Source: an uncultured Actinomycetes bacterium
GTDB lineage: Bacteria; Actinomycetota; JAICYB01
Assembly: GCA_963789445.1 (NCBI GenBank)
Contig: CAWBKS010000003.1
Span: forward strand, 102,402 to 166,401
Reading direction: 5' to 3'
Length of the DNA stretch: 64,000 bases
Shown here: positions 39,701 through 49,800 of the stretch, piece after piece
Layout of the letters: every line of letters starts with the position of its first letter
How positions within the stretch are numbered: position 1 is the first letter of the stretch
Notes under the pieces: generated by a model
Told to the model about the DNA's origin: nothing
The model's input: only the letters and a program-made list of their open reading frames with translations
The model's database searches: none
Made by a program: the position numbers and the translations under genes

Positions 39701-40036
39701 GTGGAAGTCAAGGGCGCGGACGTGCGGCACGCGGCGGCAGCGCCGGCCCACCGCGACCTCGTTCTCGACTCAGACGAGCACACGGCGCACAGGGACGGAC
39801 AGCTGCTTCCGCTGACCAAGCGGGAGTTCGAGCTCCTTCGAATGCTCGTGGCTCAGCCGGGAAAGCTCGTAACACGCTCCGCGATCTCTAATGCCGTCTG
39901 GGGACGATCGGCCTCGTCGGCCAAGAACCTCCTCGACGTCCATATGAGCTCGCTTCGCAAGAAGCTCAAGGGCACAGGCGATCGTCCCGCATACATCGAG
40001 ACCGTTCGGGGCGAAGGTTTCCGCCTTATCGATTGA
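39701..40036 (+). CDS. Stand-alone OmpR/PhoB-type winged-helix DNA-binding domain protein (no receiver domain)
   Basis: 111 aa. LTKREFELLRMLVAQPGKLVTRSAI...LDVHMSSLRKKL...YIETVRGEGFRL is a trans_reg_C fold. Only 58 nt separate it from the upstream mrp gene, so there is no room for a receiver domain. Confidence 0.55.
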   Translation: MEVKGADVRHAAAAPAHRDLVLDSDEHTAHRDGQLLPLTKREFELLRMLVAQPGKLVTRSAISNAVWGRSASSAKNLLDVHMSSLRKKLKGTGDRPAYIETVRGEGFRLID

Positions 40037-40053
40037 GCAGGACCCGGACGTCC

Positions 40054-40893
40054 TCAATCCTGGACATGCGGGAGCACGTCCTGCGCGAATGCTGCGACAT
40101 CGTCGGGATCGTCCAGACCGAAGGGCACGTCGCTGAAACACATGACGGCGTGTTCGACCTCGAGCCCGGCGAACGCGTTCAGCCTGTCGACCATCTCCTG
40201 CGAAGTGCCCTTCGCGTACTGCCCGATGGAGCGCCGGAGGTTTCTGCCTTCCAGCTTCGAAGCTCGCTCGACATAAGCATCGGCGTCCTGGAACCAAGCC
40301 GCGTTCCAACCGTCGGCCACTTCAGCGATGACCTTCATGGCTCGGTCGCCTTTGCCCCCGACCCAGATCGTCGGACGTGGCTTCTGGAGCGGTGGCGGCA
40401 ATGCGACCATCGAGTCGAGCTTGTAGTGACTCCCCGCGAAGCTGACCTGTTCGCCGGTGAAGCAGAGCTTCAACACCTCGACCGCTTCTCGTAATCGCTC
40501 GAGACGCACGCGCGCGCTGGGGAACTCGAGGCCCGCCATCGAGAACTCGCGCTCGTACCAGCCGGCGCCGATGCCGAGCTCGAGCCGGCCTTCGGAGGCG
40601 ATGTCCACTGTGGCCGCCTGCTTGGCGAGGACCACGGGGTGCCGGAACTCGTTGCAGAGCACCATCGTCCCGAGCCGGACCCTGCTCGTCGTGCCGGCAA
40701 GCACGGCGAGCGTCGCCAGCGGGTCGACACTCCCAATCAGCTCGGACGACCCACCGTATTTCTCCAGATCGAAGACGAGATGATCGGAGACCCAAACCGA
40801 GTCGAAGCCGAGCCGCTCGCACTCGGTCGCGATATCCACGACTCGCTTCAGGGAGTCCGAACCGTAGTGTGGGAGCGCAACGCCGATCTTCAT
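40054..40893 (-). CDS. LLM-class (luciferase-like) F420-dependent oxidoreductase
   Basis: 279 aa from ATG 40893: MKIGVALPHYG...VWVSDHL... This is the typical LLM TIM-barrel N-terminus. Confidence 0.75.
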   Translation of the reverse strand: MKIGVALPHYGSDSLKRVVDIATECERLGFDSVWVSDHLVFDLEKYGGSSELIGSVDPLATLAVLAGTTSRVRLGTMVLCNEFRHPVVLAKQAATVDIASEGRLELGIGAGWYEREFSMAGLEFPSARVRLERLREAVEVLKLCFTGEQVSFAGSHYKLDSMVALPPPLQKPRPTIWVGGKGDRAMKVIAEVADGWNAAWFQDADAYVERASKLEGRNLRRSIGQYAKGTSQEMVDRLNAFAGLEVEHAVMCFSDVPFGLDDPDDVAAFAQDVLPHVQD

Positions 40894-40912
40894 CGCAGAT
40901 GGAGCGTAGCGA

Positions 40913-41743
40913 CTGCCAGAGCTTCCCGAAGTCGAAGGGTTCAAAGCCGTCGTGCAGGAGCACGTCGTCGGCCGAACGATCACGCGCGCTCGGTTCCTCG
41001 ATGACTGGATGTTGAAGAACACAACGCCGTGGACGGCCGCGCGCCGAATGAAGGGCCGTTTGGTCACGTCGGTGGACCGCCGCGGCAAGATGCTCGCGAT
41101 CTTCACCGAGCCGCAGCGCGGCAAGCCGGACACACCGGTGCTCGCTCTGCACTTCGGTATGACCGGACGCCCGATCGTGGAGTCACCAACAGCACCGATC
41201 CATCACTGGGATCGCGTCCTGCTCGACCTCGATTCCGGTCTCCAGTTCCGGTATCGGAACTCGCGACGTCTGGGCTACGTGAAGATCGTCACCCGCAACG
41301 AGATCGCCGATATGGCGTGGTCCTTCGGCCCTGACGCATTGGAGGCACCGGCCACCTACCTGACCGAAGCTCTGGCCCGGCGGAACGCCGCGATCAAGGC
41401 CGTGCTCCTGGACCAAACCTTCCTCGCCGGCGTCGGCAACATCTATGCCGATGAGGCGCTGCATGCCGCCGGCATCGACCCGCGGCGTGCAGCGAGCTCA
41501 CTCGATCCAGACGAGGTCGTTGCGTTGCACAGAGCGTTGCGTCGCATCCTGGCGCGCGCCGTGAAGGCGCAGCGCGCAGGAAGCGACGCCCGCTTCCCGT
41601 TGCTGAGCGTGAGGCGGCACGCGTCCAAGCAATTGGGCATGTCGGGATCGCCTAAGGTCGGGTGCCCGCGGTGCGGTCGTCCCCTTCGTTCGGTTCGGCT
41701 GGGCGGACGGACGACGTTCTTCTGTACAAGTTGCCAGCGTTAG
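40913..41743 (+). CDS. Formamidopyrimidine-DNA glycosylase / endonuclease VIII family (Fpg/Nei), apparent CTG start
   Basis: PELPEVEGFKAVVQEH... The catalytic N-terminal Pro must be residue 2, and the only codon before it is CTG (a TAG stop lies 2 codons upstream). C-terminal zinc finger CPRCG...C..CQ. Confidence 0.75.
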   Translation: MPELPEVEGFKAVVQEHVVGRTITRARFLDDWMLKNTTPWTAARRMKGRLVTSVDRRGKMLAIFTEPQRGKPDTPVLALHFGMTGRPIVESPTAPIHHWDRVLLDLDSGLQFRYRNSRRLGYVKIVTRNEIADMAWSFGPDALEAPATYLTEALARRNAAIKAVLLDQTFLAGVGNIYADEALHAAGIDPRRAASSLDPDEVVALHRALRRILARAVKAQRAGSDARFPLLSVRRHASKQLGMSGSPKVGCPRCGRPLRSVRLGGRTTFFCTSCQR

Positions 41744-41751
41744 GAGGCGGC

Positions 41752-42312
41752 ATGTCCAAGTTGATCTACTCGGCGATCACCTCTCTCGACGGGTTCATCG
41801 AGGACGAGAAGGGGAAGTTCGATTGGGCTGAGCCCGACGACGAAGTGTTTGCATTCGTCAGCGAACTGGAGCGGACCGTCGGCACCTACCTCTTCGGACG
41901 GCGTATGTACGAAACGATGGCCGTCTGGGAGACCGATCGATCATTGGCCGAGAGCTCGCCTTTGATGCGGGAATTCTCAGAGATCTGGAAGGCGGCCGAC
42001 AAGATCGTCTACTCCACCACGCTCGAGGAGACCTCAACTGCGAAGACTCGGATCGAGCGTCGTTTCGACCCGGATGCCATCTCGAACCTGAAGGCGTCGG
42101 CGAAGCAGGACATCGCGATCGGTGGCCCCGGCCTCGCCGGCCATGCGTTACGAGCGGGCGTGGTCGACGAGTGTCAGATGTTCCTGGTGCCCGTTTCGGT
42201 GGGATCCGGCAAGCCAGCTCTTCCGCACGATGTGCGGCTCGAGCTCGAGCTATTGGAGGAGAGACGATTCGATAGCGGCTTCGTCTACCTGCGTTACCAG
42301 ATCACCCTTTGA
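41752..42312 (+). CDS. Dihydrofolate reductase family protein (RibD C-terminal domain type)
   Basis: MSKLIYSAITSLDGFIEDEKGKFDW... ATG at 41752 follows an AGGAGG RBS. Confidence 0.75.
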   Translation: MSKLIYSAITSLDGFIEDEKGKFDWAEPDDEVFAFVSELERTVGTYLFGRRMYETMAVWETDRSLAESSPLMREFSEIWKAADKIVYSTTLEETSTAKTRIERRFDPDAISNLKASAKQDIAIGGPGLAGHALRAGVVDECQMFLVPVSVGSGKPALPHDVRLELELLEERRFDSGFVYLRYQITL

Positions 42313-43332
42313 TCACCACCGCCACGTCGCCTCTTCGGCCCAACCGAACACGGAGTCGAGTGCGAGAGCTTCGCCGACGTCCGGGACGATCGTGCCCGAG
42401 TAGGTCCCGAAGCACTGATCGACAGATGAGGAGGCAACGCCGAGCTTCAATCGAGACCGCTTGTCGTGGATGGGCGTGAACATCAGGTCGACGCGGTCCG
42501 ATGACGGCGTCCTGATGGTCCACGGTCGCAGCCAGTCGCTCGTGTCGTATTCCCATACCAGCTCCTCCGAGATCTTCGAGAGGCGGCCGTCGACGCACAG
42601 CGCGTTCTCCGTCATGCCGGTGCCGTCCGTCCACTTGCCGCCGAGTTGCACGCCGACGGTGACCGGCTTGCCGCCGGTATGGACGATGCCGGCCCCCGCT
42701 CCCCAGTTCCATTTCGTCCGGTAGGGCCACTTCCCGCGACCGAAATCCAGGCTCCCCCACGCCGAGCCATCCGGCGACAGCTGGTAGGTCGTGCCGCGCC
42801 AACGCACGAAGCCTTCGGCGGGCCGGGCAACATCCTTGTTCGTGTACTGGAAGCGACGCGACGACCATGGGATAACCACGCCGAGCGACTCGTGACCTTC
42901 CGGACGCTGAACAAGGACGTCGGCTTCAAAGGACTTGAAACCCGCGCGTATACGAGTCCCGCCGTCGACCTCCTCTATCGACAGCGACAAACCCGAGCCG
43001 TCGAAGCCGATTGGTGCGCCGCCGACGCGGTCGGGAAGCGACACGCCGCGTGCCAACGGTCGAGCTGCCGAGCGGGATGCTTCCGCATCCGCGCCGAAGT
43101 CTCGGAACCACACATCGGCGAGACCGAGATAGTCGACGTCTGCATAAGTGATGTTCATCGCAACGCCGGGTGAGGTGATGCACCAGAAGTCCCAGCGCTT
43201 GCGTCGTCCCCATGAGCGCGGGAGCGCACAGTCGTGCAGCGAGCCGCGCGTCCATCCGACGGCATCCCGGTTCAGTGCACCGGCCGTCGTGCACAGCTCT
43301 ACGGACTCGGTGATCTCGCGCTCGATCGTCAG
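42313..43332 (-). CDS. DUF2804 domain protein
   Basis: C-terminal 340 aa of the long ORF: ...EREITESVELC...LNRDAVGWTRGSL...KRWDFWCI...ADVDYLG... matches DUF2804. The upstream 340 aa of the ORF is a spurious out-of-frame extension over the next gene. The start is uncertain (CTG 43332 overlapping the upstream stop, or ATG 43158). Confidence 0.6.
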   Translation of the reverse strand: MTIEREITESVELCTTAGALNRDAVGWTRGSLHDCALPRSWGRRKRWDFWCITSPGVAMNITYADVDYLGLADVWFRDFGADAEASRSAARPLARGVSLPDRVGGAPIGFDGSGLSLSIEEVDGGTRIRAGFKSFEADVLVQRPEGHESLGVVIPWSSRRFQYTNKDVARPAEGFVRWRGTTYQLSPDGSAWGSLDFGRGKWPYRTKWNWGAGAGIVHTGGKPVTVGVQLGGKWTDGTGMTENALCVDGRLSKISEELVWEYDTSDWLRPWTIRTPSSDRVDLMFTPIHDKRSRLKLGVASSSVDQCFGTYSGTIVPDVGEALALDSVFGWAEEATWRW

Positions 43333-44582
43333 GCCGGCGAGTTCCCTTTTGGCGACGGGCCCACCATCGATACCTGCGACAAAGGCGCCGCCGATCTCGC
43401 GCCCTCGGGCTTGAAGCCGGCCTCCGGGGTGCCGCGCTTGTAGGTCTTCTCCGCCTCCTCGGCGTTCCACGGTTCGACCTGTCCCTGGCCCATCCACAGC
43501 TCGATGTTGCGTGTGCGGCGGCGCTGCCTCTTGGCTAAGCGCTCCATCAGGTCGTAGGCTTTCTGTTCTTCGGATGCTGGCCGCACGTCCACGACACCGG
43601 CATCGACCATCGACTTCCAGTACGCCGCACCGCGCTCCGTGCGCACGACGACCATCGACCAGCCCTCCATCCCTAGGCCCCCGAGTGAGATGTCGGCGTG
43701 CTCGGCGGCGAAGTCCGGACAGAACGGGCATCCCCAGTCGCGAGCGAAGCTGCGGCACTCGTCCAGCGGGATGTTGGTCTCGCTTCCGTCTTCCATCTCG
43801 ATGACGACCTTGCCCTTGATGTTGATCTTGGAGACCTTCGAGATGTCGATGCCGTAGTCGCCCTGGATCTTCTGCTCGAGGAACGGCTGCGGCAGGAACG
43901 TCTCGGAACACATGAGACCGACGGTGAGCGCGATGCGGTTGGACCAGGTGCGAACTCCGGAATACGCCATCTTGGGGGCCGAGGAGATCTCGCAGGACAC
44001 CCCGACCATCGCGACCCTGCGCAGGCGCTGAGCCTTTGCGTCCTTGAGCGCAAGCGGCGTAGCGCAGTAGGTGTAGCGCGACTTGGCCGTCCCGAGGACT
44101 TCGTCCTTCGTCTTGACCAGCATCGGCGACGCCATCTGGTTGCCGTCGAATGCCGAAACCACTCCCCCGTCCAGGGCTCCCGTTTCGAGTCCGTGGATCA
44201 GGATCGCCGAGCCGATCCCGCCGTCCTGCGCCTTCTTGACTACTTCTAGGTCGGAAGCCCGGGCCACGACGACCTCGAGGTACGAACCGAATGTGTCGTC
44301 CGAGCTGCGGGTCTTGCCGTGGAGGGCCTGCTCGAGCTGCGGCCAGTTCCATCGCCATATCCCGAGCTCATGATCGAGGCGCGGACAGGCCAGTGCGCAG
44401 ATCTCACAACCGGTCTCGCCGTGGGAACAGCTGTCCGGGCGGCGGACGTCGGTTTGAAAGGGCTTCTCGAGGTCGTAGTCGTAATCGAGCACGTGATGGG
44501 GGCAAACGACCACGCAAGCCGCACATCCACAACAGACGTCGGTCGAAATGATCTCGGAGAAAAGCTCTTTCCAATGGCTCAT
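43329..44582 (-). CDS. FrhB/FdhB/FpoF-family protein (coenzyme F420 hydrogenase/dehydrogenase beta-subunit-like) with N-terminal 2x[4Fe-4S] ferredoxin domain
   Basis: 417 aa. Has CCGCAACVVVCP ... CEICALACP ferredoxin motifs, then FrhB N-terminal and C-terminal domains (GVSCE...). Confidence 0.7.
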   Translation of the reverse strand: MSHWKELFSEIISTDVCCGCAACVVVCPHHVLDYDYDLEKPFQTDVRRPDSCSHGETGCEICALACPRLDHELGIWRWNWPQLEQALHGKTRSSDDTFGSYLEVVVARASDLEVVKKAQDGGIGSAILIHGLETGALDGGVVSAFDGNQMASPMLVKTKDEVLGTAKSRYTYCATPLALKDAKAQRLRRVAMVGVSCEISSAPKMAYSGVRTWSNRIALTVGLMCSETFLPQPFLEQKIQGDYGIDISKVSKINIKGKVVIEMEDGSETNIPLDECRSFARDWGCPFCPDFAAEHADISLGGLGMEGWSMVVVRTERGAAYWKSMVDAGVVDVRPASEEQKAYDLMERLAKRQRRRTRNIELWMGQGQVEPWNAEEAEKTYKRGTPEAGFKPEGARSAAPLSQVSMVGPSPKGNSPA

Positions 44583-44597
44583 GGAGTGGGCTAGAGC

Positions 44598-46140
44598 CTA
44601 AACGCGAGTTTTCCTGTCCGCCCAGAACGGCTCCCGCAGGTCCCGCTTGCGGATCTTGCCCGCGTCGTCTCGCGGGAAGTCGTCTCGGAACTCAACCGAT
44701 CGGGGCTTCTTGTAGTCGGCGATGTTCTCGCCGACCCAGGCGATGACTTCGCCCTCGGTCAGCGTCTCGCCCGGTTTGGGCTGCACGATCGCGTGTACCT
44801 GCTCACCGAACTCCTCGTTCGGGATGCCGATGACGGCGACGTCCCAGACCTTCGGGTGGGCGTGGATCGCGTTCTCGATCTCGGCGCAGTAGATGTTCAC
44901 ACCGCCTGAGATGATCATGTCCTTCTTGCGGTCGGAGATGTAGAGGTAGCCGTCCTCGTCGAAGTAGCCGACGTCGCCGACGGTGAAGTAGTCGCCCGCC
45001 ATGCTTCCTTGGTTGCGTCCTCGTTCTTGTAGTACTCGTCGATCATCCCGGCGGCCTTGATGTAGATCTCACCCGGCGTTCCCGGCGGGCACTCGTTGCC
45101 TTCCTCGTCGATGATCTTGATGTCCTGGCCGTCGATGACCTTTCCGCATGCGCCGGGCTTCTTCAGGTGCTCCTCGGGCGACATGAGCGTGTTCATCCCG
45201 GTTTCCGATGCGCCGTAGAACTCCTAGAGCGAAGGACCGAACAGGTCGAGGATCTTCCGCTTGAGCTCGAAGGGACACGGGGCGGCCGCGCACGACGATC
45301 GAGGTCATGGCCGAGACGTCGTAGCGCTTCTTCACGTCGTCGGGGAGATTGGCGATGCGCGATGAGCAACGTCGGCGCCATGAACGTCCACGTCGCCTTG
45401 TGCTTGTCGATCAGTCGAAGTGCTTCTTCGGGGTCGAATCGCCGCATGACGACTACGCCGCCGCCGGTAGCAATGCCGGCCGAAGCGAACGCGTAGGGGG
45501 CCGAGTGGTACAGCGGTCCGGCCGCCAGATGCGGTGTTCCGAGCTGGACCCCGAAAAAACTGCCGCCCGTGCTCCCCGTTGCTCCGGAGATGCCGGCCTT
45601 GCGATGCGCGCCCTTGGGGTTCCCGGTCGTGCCCGACGTATACAGCATCAGTCCGCCGGTGGCGCCTTCGGGTATCTCGGTCTGGGTCGGTGCGCCTTGC
45701 TCGATCAGATCGGAAAGCCGAAGCCAGCCTTCCGGCACGGTGTCGGTGCCCCACGCGATCACGTGGCGAAGGTTGGGCGTGTCCTTGCGTGCTTTTTCCA
45801 CTGCGTCGATCTGATTGGGTCCGACGAAGATGGCCACACAGTCAGAGTTGTCGATCTGGTAGGCCATCTCCCTCGGCTTCAGCCGGTAGTTCATGGGGAC
45901 ACTCGTCCCGGCCATCTTCGAAACCGCCCCCGTGCAGATGAAGTGCTCGATGGCGTTGTCGCCGACGGTTATGACCTTGTCGCCGAGCTTTACACCGAGC
46001 GACTGCAGCGAATTCGCGACGCGGTTAGCGGTTTCGTTCAGCTCTTTGTAGGTGAGGACCGTGGGCTCTTCACCGAGTCGGTCGTCGATCACTGCCGGCG
46101 CGTCGGGCCGGCCTTCGGCGTGCATCGCCAGGATGTCCAT
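44598..46140 (-). pseudogene. AMP-binding acyl-CoA synthetase disrupted by at least three frameshifts and one in-frame TAG
   Basis: Conserved protein fragments occur in successive frames: 45193-46140 (LYTSGTTGNPKGA), 45069-45335 (KKRYDVSAMTSIVV), 44915-45196 (FYGASETGMNTLMS...) and 44598-45002 (GDVGYFDEDGYLYISDRKKDMIISGGVNI...). Indels fall near 45358, 45290 and 45005; a TAG codon lies at 45214-45216 (FGPSL*EFYGASETG). Confidence 0.75.
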
Positions 46141-46146
46141 CGTCCC

Positions 46147-46752
46147 CTATTCCCCCTTCGTGAACCGTTTCCAGAGTTCCCGCTCGGCCCCCACCGATGT
46201 CTGGCCGCCGTGACCCGGAAGCAGCTTCAGATCGTCCGGCAACGGTAGCAACTTCGAACTGATCGACTCCCGGAGCGCCTTAGCGTTGCCGCCCGGGAAC
46301 ATCGTCTGGCCCACGGTCCCCGACATCACCGTGTCGCCGCTGAAGCACAGGCCGTCGAGCAGAAAGCAAACGCTTCCGCCCGAGTGGCCGGGTGTGTGGA
46401 CGACGTCGATGCTCATCGGGCCGGCCTGCAGCAGATGGCCGTCCCGCACCGGCTCGAGTCGGCGGGGCCGCGGACGCCGGACCAGGAACCAGCGGAAGTC
46501 CCGGCCGTGGAGATAAGCCGGGATCTCGAACCGGTCGGATAGCTGACGGGCCGTCCAGATGTGGTCGGGGTGGCCGTGAGTGAGGACTACGGCCTTGGGC
46601 GTGAGGCTCTCGGCAGCAACCAGATCGATGACCTTGTCGCCGGCGCCGACCCCGGCATCGACGAGAAGGGCCGGCCGGTCGCCTTCATCGTTCGGCGCGT
46701 AGACGTAGGCGTTGGAACGGGCGCGGCCGTTGACGAAGCGCTCGAGCAACAC
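46147..46752 (-). CDS. MBL-fold metallo-hydrolase (glyoxalase II-like)
   Basis: LTHGHPDH motif. 201 aa. Confidence 0.85.
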   Translation of the reverse strand: MLLERFVNGRARSNAYVYAPNDEGDRPALLVDAGVGAGDKVIDLVAAESLTPKAVVLTHGHPDHIWTARQLSDRFEIPAYLHGRDFRWFLVRRPRPRRLEPVRDGHLLQAGPMSIDVVHTPGHSGGSVCFLLDGLCFSGDTVMSGTVGQTMFPGGNAKALRESISSKLLPLPDDLKLLPGHGGQTSVGAERELWKRFTKGE

Positions 46753-46857
46753 AGGACTGATGATGCCCGGGCGGGCTCTATCCGTGCCGTTTTCCCTGGA
46801 CGGCCCCAGGTCATAGCCTCAAGACTGACTCGTGAATCAAGGGGGCGAAGGGGTCCG

Positions 46858-49800
46858 ATGAGCCAAGCTCGCATCGTCACCCTTCTATTCACCGATCTAG
46901 TGGGCTCAACCGAGCTCTACGACAGGCTCGGGGACGAAAGCGCCGAAGGCCTGCGGCGCGCACATTTCCGGCTCCTCCGGGAGGCCCTAACAGAGCGCGG
47001 CGGCCACGAGGTGAAGAGTGTCGGCGACGGTTTGATGGTCGTCTTCCCCTCCGCCGTCGACGCCGTTTCCTGCGCCATCGCGATCCAGGAAGCCGTAGCC
47101 CGGCACAACCGGCGTCCGCAAACTCTAGGTCTGGACGTGCGGATCGGACTCCATGCCGGCGAGCCGATCCTGCACGAAGAGGACTACTTCGGTTCCGTCG
47201 TCAACGCCGCCAAGAGGCTCTGCGACTACGCCTCCGGCGGACAGATCCTGGCGACCGATCTCGTTCGTGGATTGGCGGCGGGACACACCGGACTCGAATT
47301 CCGGTCGTTGGGGCCCGTCGATCTTCGCGGGTTCAACGAGCCGTTCGTTGTGAGCGAAGTCGCTTGGAACGAGCCGACCGGCACCGACTTTGCCTTACCG
47401 GCCGTTTTCGAATCGGCCTCACGCACGCCTTTCGTCGGGCGACTAGCCGCTCTAGACGAGCTGCGCGAGACATGGAAGAGAGCGTCGTCGGGTGAGCGGC
47501 GAGGTGTACTCATCTCCGGGGAGCCCGGGATGGGCAAGACACGACTTGCTCGCGAGATCGCGCGGATCGCCCACGACGAAGGCGCCATCGTTCTTTACGG
47601 ACGCAGCGACCACGAGGGCGTCATCCCCTACCAATCCTTCGTCGAGGCTTTACGCGTATACGTATCGTCCTGTCCGACCGACGATCTGCGCGATCAGGTC
47701 GGCGAGAACGGACCCGACCTCGCGCGGCTCGTTCCGGAGTTACGCGATCGCTTGCCCGGCATATCCGATCGTCAGCTGGGTGATCCCGAGGCCGAGCGCT
47801 ACCGGCTCTTCCGCTCGGTCGGAAAGCTCCTGACCGAAGCCGCGCGCATCGCACCCGTCCTCCTGGTGATGGACGACCTTCACTGGGCCGACCAGCCGAC
47901 ACTCGCTTTGCTCAAGCACGTACTGCGCGACTCCGACCCCGCGGCCATCCTCGTGTGCGGAACGTATCGCGATGTCGAGATCGGACGAACCCATCCTCTG
48001 GCCGAGGTGCTGTCGAACCTCCGCCGAGACCGGCTGATCGAACGTGTTGCCCTGGATGGTCTGTCGGACGAAGAAGTCGTTTCCTTCCTCGAAGTCTCTG
48101 CCGAACACTCACTGGACGAAGATGGCGTTGCCTTCGCCCGTGAGCTCCGGGTCGGGACCAACGGCAATCCCCTCTTCATCGAAGAGATCCTCATCCATCT
48201 CGTCGATACCGGCGTTCTCTATCGATCCGGCGACCGATGGACGGCCGACACACGGATCGAGATCCCGGATGGACTACGGGAGGCCGTAGAGCGCCGATTG
48301 GCCCGGCTTTCCGAAGCCTGCAACGCGACGCTCGTCCAAGCGTCTGTGATCGGCCCCCGCTTCGAGCTCAGCGTGCTCGAGCACATGACCGGAACCTCCG
48401 AGGACGAGCTCGTTCCGCTGCTGGAAGAAGCACTCGAGGCCCAGCTCCTCGTGGAGGACAACGACACGCGGGGTCCTGGATTTACGTTCGTGCACGCGAT
48501 CGTCCGGCAGGTGTTGTATGAGAGCGAGATCGGCGTCCGGCGGCGGCGTCTGCACGAACAAGCGGCCGAAGCTTTGGAGGCCGTGCACGTTTCCGATCCG
48601 CCGCTTCCCGCACTCGCCGTCCATTACCAGGAGGCGAACAACCCCGAGAAGGCGATCGAGTACACGATGCGAGCCGCCCAGGCCGCAGCCGACGTTTTCG
48701 CCTACGAGGACGCGGCCTCGCATCTCGAGAATGCAATCGCACTTCTCGATGCGGGTGAGGGAGACAAGGCAACGCGTGCGCGCGTACGAAGCCTGCTCGG
48801 CGACCTGATGTTTATCACCGGCCTGGACTACGGCAAAGGCCTGGTCTGGCTGGAAGAAAGCTTGCGCCTGTACGAAGAGCTTGGGGACGCGGAGCGCGCG
48901 GCGCAGGCGCGATCGCGCCTCGGCCGCGCGTTATCGACCTTCGACACTTGGATGGATATCGACCGAGCACTCGAGTTGTTCCGCGCCGCGGAGTCGGTCC
49001 TCGTCCGCAAGCCGGAAAGTCCGGCCCTGGGCCACACCTACGTCGGCTTGGCGTCCGCAGCGCTTTATGCATTGCGCACCGACGAAGGTCTTGTCGCCTC
49101 TGCACGCGGTATGGAGATCGCGCAAAGGATCGGCCGCGAAGGACTTATGGCCACCGCGACTGCGCTTCACGGCTGGCTGACGTGGTCGTCGGGCCGGCTG
49201 GCCGAAGGCGAGCGGCTGATCGATCTCGCTTGGGAAACCGCGGAAAGGCTCGATCATCCCACGCTCGGATTCGTCTCGACCTGGATGCAGGCTTTCGTGG
49301 CCGAGACCATCCTCGATCCGCGCGCGGGCGAAGCCGCGTGCGACCGCGAGTTGTCGCGATTGCGAACTAACGCGTCACCAACACAACGCGACATCCTCAC
49401 CCTTCACCGGGACATGCTCAAGGCATGGCGCGGCGACGTTAGTGGTTTGGCGACACCGGCCATGGCTGTGGGCGCCGACGTCGAGGTGACCATCGACGTC
49501 CGCGAGCAGTTCCTTGCCTACCATCTCGGCGATTGGAAGCGGGCCGAAGAGCTGTGCCGCTACGCCCTCGAACACCGCCGAACCGCCAGTAACTGGCTGG
49601 AGATAGCCGCGACCTCGCACACACTTGCTTGGACGTTGCGCGCGCAGGGAAAGCTCGACGAGATCGAAGCGGTATTGGCTCCCTGCCTTCCGCACACGTC
49701 GGGCAAGTTCGTGGGGGGCGAGCTCATGGAACGTCCCGAGCTCGCCGTGGTCTGCGCCGAAACAGGACGGATCGAAGAAGCGCAAACACTCATCGCCGGC

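Noticed and set aside
43333-44358. N-terminal 340 aa of the 681-aa ORF 42313-44358
   Set aside because: This portion is out of frame over the FrhB-like gene and Arg/Gly-rich. Only the C-terminal DUF2804 part shows conserved motifs, so the ORF was trimmed.
46561-46857. 99-codon N-terminal extension of the cyclase-STAND ORF
   Set aside because: It overlaps the 3' end of the upstream MBL hydrolase on the opposite strand. An ATG at 46858 with an upstream G-rich RBS begins the conserved cyclase domain.
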